Assembly: GCA_964453825.1 (NCBI GenBank)
Contig: CAYVPO010000001.1
Coordinates: 1 to 53,019, forward strand
Reading direction: 5' to 3'
DNA: 53,019 nt
Origin: an uncultured Holophagales bacterium
GTDB taxonomy: Bacteria > Acidobacteriota > Thermoanaerobaculia > UBA5066
Shown here: piece after piece, positions 49,773 to 53,019 of the stretch
How the letters are laid out: the number at the start of each line of letters is the position of its first letter
Position numbering within the stretch: position 1 is the first letter of the stretch
The notes under the pieces: generated by a model
Told to the model about the DNA's origin: nothing
Seen by the model: the letters and a program-made list of their open reading frames with translations, nothing else
The model's database searches: none
Translations under genes and position numbers: made by a program

Positions 49773-50575
49773 CGGAGTTCCTCGCCTTCCCGTTCTTCCA
49801 GCGGGCGCTCCTCGCCGGCTTCGTCGTGGCGGTCGTCTGCGGGGCGCTCTCCTTCTTCGTCGTCCTCCGGAGGCTCGCGTTCGTCGGCTCCGGCGTCTCC
49901 CACGCGGCCTTCGGCGGCGTCGCCCTCGCCGCGCTCGTCGGCGTGCCGCCCGGGCTGGGCGCGCTCCTCGCCGCCCTGGCGGTGGCCCTCGCGACGGCCA
50001 AGGCCTCGGGCGACGGCGACCTGAGCGAGGACACCGCGGTGGGTGTCTTCACGGTCGCCGGAATGGCGATCGGCGTCGTCGCGATCAGCTTCCTCGAGAC
50101 GAACGTCGACCTCTTCGGCCTCATGTTCGGGAACATCCTGACGGTCGACCCGCGGGACCTCCTCGCCCTCGTGGCCGCCTCGGCGCTCGTCGTCGTCCTC
50201 CTCGTCCTCTACTTCCGGCCGCTCCTCCTCGCCTCGATCGACGAGGACGGGGCGTTCGCGGCCGGGGTGAACGTGGCGCGGATGAGGCTCCTCGTCCTCG
50301 TCCTCCTCGCCCTGACGGTCGTCGTCGCGCTGAAGGTCGTCGGCATCCTCCTCGTTTCCGCCCTCCTCGTCCTCCCCGGCGCCGTCGCGCGGGCGCTCTT
50401 CGCCCGCTGGCCCGGTTTCCTCGTCGGCTCGGTGGCGGCGGCGCTCGTCATGGTCCTCGGCGGGCTCCTCCTGTCCGTCGCCCTCGACGTGCCGTCGGGC
50501 GCGGCGATCATCCTCACCGGCACGCTCCTCTTCCTCGCGGCGGTCGGCGTCGGGCGGCTCCGGCGGAACGCGTGA
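49769..50575 (+). CDS. znuB: Zinc/manganese ABC transporter permease
   Basis: Polytopic ABC-3 family pattern: FFQRALLAG, AFVGSGVSHAAFGGVAL, LFGNILTV. GTG overlaps the znuC stop. Confidence 0.88.
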   Translation: MTEFLAFPFFQRALLAGFVVAVVCGALSFFVVLRRLAFVGSGVSHAAFGGVALAALVGVPPGLGALLAALAVALATAKASGDGDLSEDTAVGVFTVAGMAIGVVAISFLETNVDLFGLMFGNILTVDPRDLLALVAASALVVVLLVLYFRPLLLASIDEDGAFAAGVNVARMRLLVLVLLALTVVVALKVVGILLVSALLVLPGAVARALFARWPGFLVGSVAAALVMVLGGLLLSVALDVPSGAAIILTGTLLFLAAVGVGRLRRNA

Positions 50576-51276
50576 CGACGCCCCTCCTCTCCGCGACCGC
50601 GCTGACCCGGACCTACGCGGTGGGCGAGGAGCGGGTCGTCGGCGTGAGGGACGCCGCCCTCTCCCTCGAGCGGGGCGAGCTCGCGGTCCTCGCCGGCCCG
50701 TCGGGGAGCGGCAAGACGACTCTCCTGAACCTCCTCGGCCTCCTCGACCGCCCCGACTCGGGCCGGCTCGAGCTCCTGGGCGAGGACGTCTCGACGCTCG
50801 ACGACCGAGGGCGCGCGCGCCTCCGGCGCGAGAAGCTCGGCTTCGTCTTCCAGTCCCACCAGCTCGTCCCGGTCCTGTCGGCCGAGGAGAACGTCGCCCT
50901 CGCTCTCTGGATCCGCGGGCTCCCGGACGAGGAATGCCGGGTCCGCTCCCGCGCGGCGCTCGCCGCGGTCGGCCTCGCAAGGATGGAGGGGCGCCGTCCC
51001 GACGCGATGTCGGGCGGACAGCGGCAGCGGGTGGCCGTCGCGCGCGCGATCGTCGGCGAGCCGGCGCTCGTCCTCGCCGACGAGCCGACGGCCTCGCTCG
51101 ACTCCGAGACGGCGGCGCGCCTCCTCGACCTCTTCGACGCCCTCCACGCGGAGAAGGGGATCGCGTTCCTCTTCTCGAGCCACGACCCGCGGATCGTCGA
51201 GCGGGTGCCGCGGCGCGTCCGCCTCGTCGACGGACGAATCGCCTCGGACGAGCGGACGGCGGGAGGGACGGCGTGA
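50572..51276 (+). CDS. ABC transporter ATP-binding protein, LolD/MacB/FtsE type
   Basis: GPSGSGKTTLLNLLGLLD, FVFQSHQLVP, MSGGQRQRVAVARA, VLADEPTASLD. GTG overlaps the znuB stop. Confidence 0.88.
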   Translation: MTTPLLSATALTRTYAVGEERVVGVRDAALSLERGELAVLAGPSGSGKTTLLNLLGLLDRPDSGRLELLGEDVSTLDDRGRARLRREKLGFVFQSHQLVPVLSAEENVALALWIRGLPDEECRVRSRAALAAVGLARMEGRRPDAMSGGQRQRVAVARAIVGEPALVLADEPTASLDSETAARLLDLFDALHAEKGIAFLFSSHDPRIVERVPRRVRLVDGRIASDERTAGGTA

Positions 51277-52505
51277 CGCTGCGCTGGTGGCGCCTCGCGG
51301 CGCGGAACCTCTTCCGGCACCGGCGCCGGACGTTCCTGACGGGGAGCATCGTCGTCGTCGGGTACGTCGCCGCGACGATGACCGCCGGCTTCGTGGCCCA
51401 GACGTTCGGCGGGCTGAAAGACATCACGATCCGGGGGCAGGGCGGGCACCTCCGCGTCGTCTCGGCCGAGGCGGAAGGGAAGAGCGACGAGGAGGCGGCG
51501 ACGCTCCTCCTCGACGACGCCGACGCGCTGACGCGGAGCGTGGCGGCGAGCCCGGACGTGCGGCAGGCGATGCCACGGCTCACGTTCTTCGGCCTCGTCG
51601 CGCACGGAGAGCGGAGCGTCGGGTACATGGGGACCGGCGGCGTCCCCGCGCTCGAGAAGAGCGCGACGCTGGCGGCCGAGGCGGTCGCCGCGGGGACGTT
51701 CCTCTCCGACCCGGAGGCCGACGAGGTGATGCTGGGCGGCGGGCTCGCGCGCTCGCTCGGCGTGACGGTGGGGGACCTCGTCACGGTCATGACGACGACC
51801 CCCGACGGCGGCCTGAATGCGGTCGACGCCGAGGTCGTCGCGGTCCTCCGGTGGCCGATCAAGGAGCTCGACGACCGGGTCCTCTTCCTCCCGTACGCCC
51901 CGGCGGCGCGCCTCCTGAAGGCCGAGGGGAAGGCGACCTCGATCGCCGTGACGCTGAAGGAGGGGGCCGACCTCGAGAGGTCGGCCGGGGCGCTCCGGGC
52001 GCGGCTCCACCGGAACGGCACGCCGGCCGCGGTGAAGACCTGGATCGAGGGCGCCCCGTTCTACGTCGCGGTGAAGAGGCTCTACGCGGCGATCTTCCTC
52101 TTCACGGGCCTCGTCCTGGCGACGGTCGTCGTCCTCGCCGCGGCGAACACGATGACCATGTCGGTCTTCGAGAGGACCCGGGAGATCGGGACGCTCCTTG
52201 CGATCGGGATGGAGCGCGGACAGGTGCGGGGCCTCTTCCTCGCGGAAGGGCTCCTGATGGGGCTGGGCGGCTCCGTGGCGGGAGCCGTGGCGTCGCTCCT
52301 CATCCGCGCGGCGATCAACGCGGCGCGGATCGAGCTCCCCCCGCCTCCGGGGGCCACGAGCGGGGGAGCGCTCCACGTGGAGCTGATCCCCCTCGCCTTC
52401 GGAGTCGGGTTCGTCCTGATGACGGCCACGCTCCTCGTCGCGTCGTGGTGGCCGGCGCGGCGGGCGGCCCGGCTCGACCCGGTGGAGGCGCTCACCCATG
52501 TCTGA
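51273..52505 (+). CDS. FtsX-like (LolC/E, MacB-type) ABC transporter permease
   Basis: LAARNLFRHRRRTFLT, a large periplasmic loop, FERTREIGTLLAIGMERGQV, and the C-terminal WWPARRAARLDPVEAL. GTG overlaps the ATPase stop. Confidence 0.85.
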   Translation: MTLRWWRLAARNLFRHRRRTFLTGSIVVVGYVAATMTAGFVAQTFGGLKDITIRGQGGHLRVVSAEAEGKSDEEAATLLLDDADALTRSVAASPDVRQAMPRLTFFGLVAHGERSVGYMGTGGVPALEKSATLAAEAVAAGTFLSDPEADEVMLGGGLARSLGVTVGDLVTVMTTTPDGGLNAVDAEVVAVLRWPIKELDDRVLFLPYAPAARLLKAEGKATSIAVTLKEGADLERSAGALRARLHRNGTPAAVKTWIEGAPFYVAVKRLYAAIFLFTGLVLATVVVLAAANTMTMSVFERTREIGTLLAIGMERGQVRGLFLAEGLLMGLGGSVAGAVASLLIRAAINAARIELPPPPGATSGGALHVELIPLAFGVGFVLMTATLLVASWWPARRAARLDPVEALTHV

Positions 52506-53019
52506 CCGGCGGCTCGGTACCGGCCTCGTCTTCCTCGGTCTCGCTCTTCTGGTCCTCCTTCTGGCGTCCCGGGCGCGAGGGGAGACGCCGGACGCCGCTG
52601 CGATCCTGGCCCGGGCCGACGTCCCGCGCACCGCTCTCTCCGAGGCGCGCCTGCGCCTCCGAGTGACGACGTCGGGCTCCGGCGCCGCGGCGTTCACCGG
52701 CGAGTTCACCGTCCTCGTGAAGGGGCCGGAGAAGATCCGGATCGAGTTCCTCGCGCCGGCCGACCGCGGGAAGCTCCTCCTCGTGAACGGGAAGGACGCC
52801 TGGCTCGTCCTGCCGAACACGCGAAACCCGATCCGCGTGCCGCGCAGCCACCGGGTGACCGGCGGGTTCGCCGTGGCGGACGTCGCGAGGACGCGCTTCG
52901 TCGACGACTACGACGCGACCGTCGAGCGCGCGGACGTCCTCGCGGGGAGGACCTGCGACGTCCTCCTCCTCCGGGCGAGGAAGGGGCGGGACCCGGCGTT
53001 TCCGGTCCTCCGCGTCTGG
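52498..53019 (+). CDS. LolA-like outer-membrane lipoprotein-sorting protein family (N-terminal part; runs off the window)
   Basis: Absent from the ORF track because it has no stop in the window. ATG at 52498 overlaps the permease end by 8 nt. Signal-like MSDRRLGTGLVFLGLALLVLLLASRA, then AILARADV...LRLRV...FTVLVKGPEKIRIEFLAPADRGKLLLVNGKDAWLVLPNTRNPIRVP...GGFAVADV, as in the LolA_like family. Confidence 0.6.
   Translation, partial: MSDRRLGTGLVFLGLALLVLLLASRARGETPDAAAILARADVPRTALSEARLRLRVTTSGSGAAAFTGEFTVLVKGPEKIRIEFLAPADRGKLLLVNGKDAWLVLPNTRNPIRVPRSHRVTGGFAVADVARTRFVDDYDATVERADVLAGRTCDVLLLRARKGRDPAFPVLRVW

Overview
Very GC-rich bacterial chromosomal segment. G/C dominates third codon positions, and long stop-free Arg/Pro/Gly-rich ORFs on the wrong strand or frame are artefacts. 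I support about 55 protein genes and one tRNA. I saw no rRNA, CRISPR array, transposase or integrase. Many neighbouring genes overlap by 4 nt (GTGA/ATGA), and GTG/TTG starts are common. Gene order: GH94 phosphorylase and GH1 beta-glucosidase (convergent); beta-hydroxyacid dehydrogenase; HAD-UbiA fusion; PTPS-surE-pcm-acylphosphatase; REC-GGDEF(degenerate)-EAL; three unknown small genes around tRNA-Arg(CCT); Kdo-kinase-like gene; ECF sigma / ZAS anti-sigma / CpxP-like; minus-strand operon of SDR, BMP-type nucleoside ABC importer and methyltransferase; fadD-tetR-fadA-fadB-fadE-MBL beta-oxidation cluster; a 64-nt perfect palindrome; degenerate ThiD-like gene; Bcp peroxiredoxin fused to a histone-H1-like tail, then IscA-like and YfgM-like genes; nupC-punA-cdd-amidohydrolase-deoA nucleoside operon; a cyclic-nucleotide signalling locus; ABC-F, cinA, gpsA, GATase1-like; a His/Cys-rich protein divergent from znuACB, which is chained by overlaps to a LolD/FtsX/LolA-like module. 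The best candidate for an undescribed system is 38.1-42.4 kb. It holds a HisKA-REC-gated class III cyclase whose substrate-specifying residues are Glu/Gly rather than the Lys/Asp of adenylate cyclases, and which carries an uncharacterised C-terminal domain. Its neighbours are a CheY-like regulator, a TPR-cNMP-binding protein and a divergently transcribed cNMP-binding GGDEF diguanylate cyclase. This suggests a cNMP (possibly cGMP) to c-di-GMP relay. All functions come from motifs I recognise in the translations; no database search was possible.
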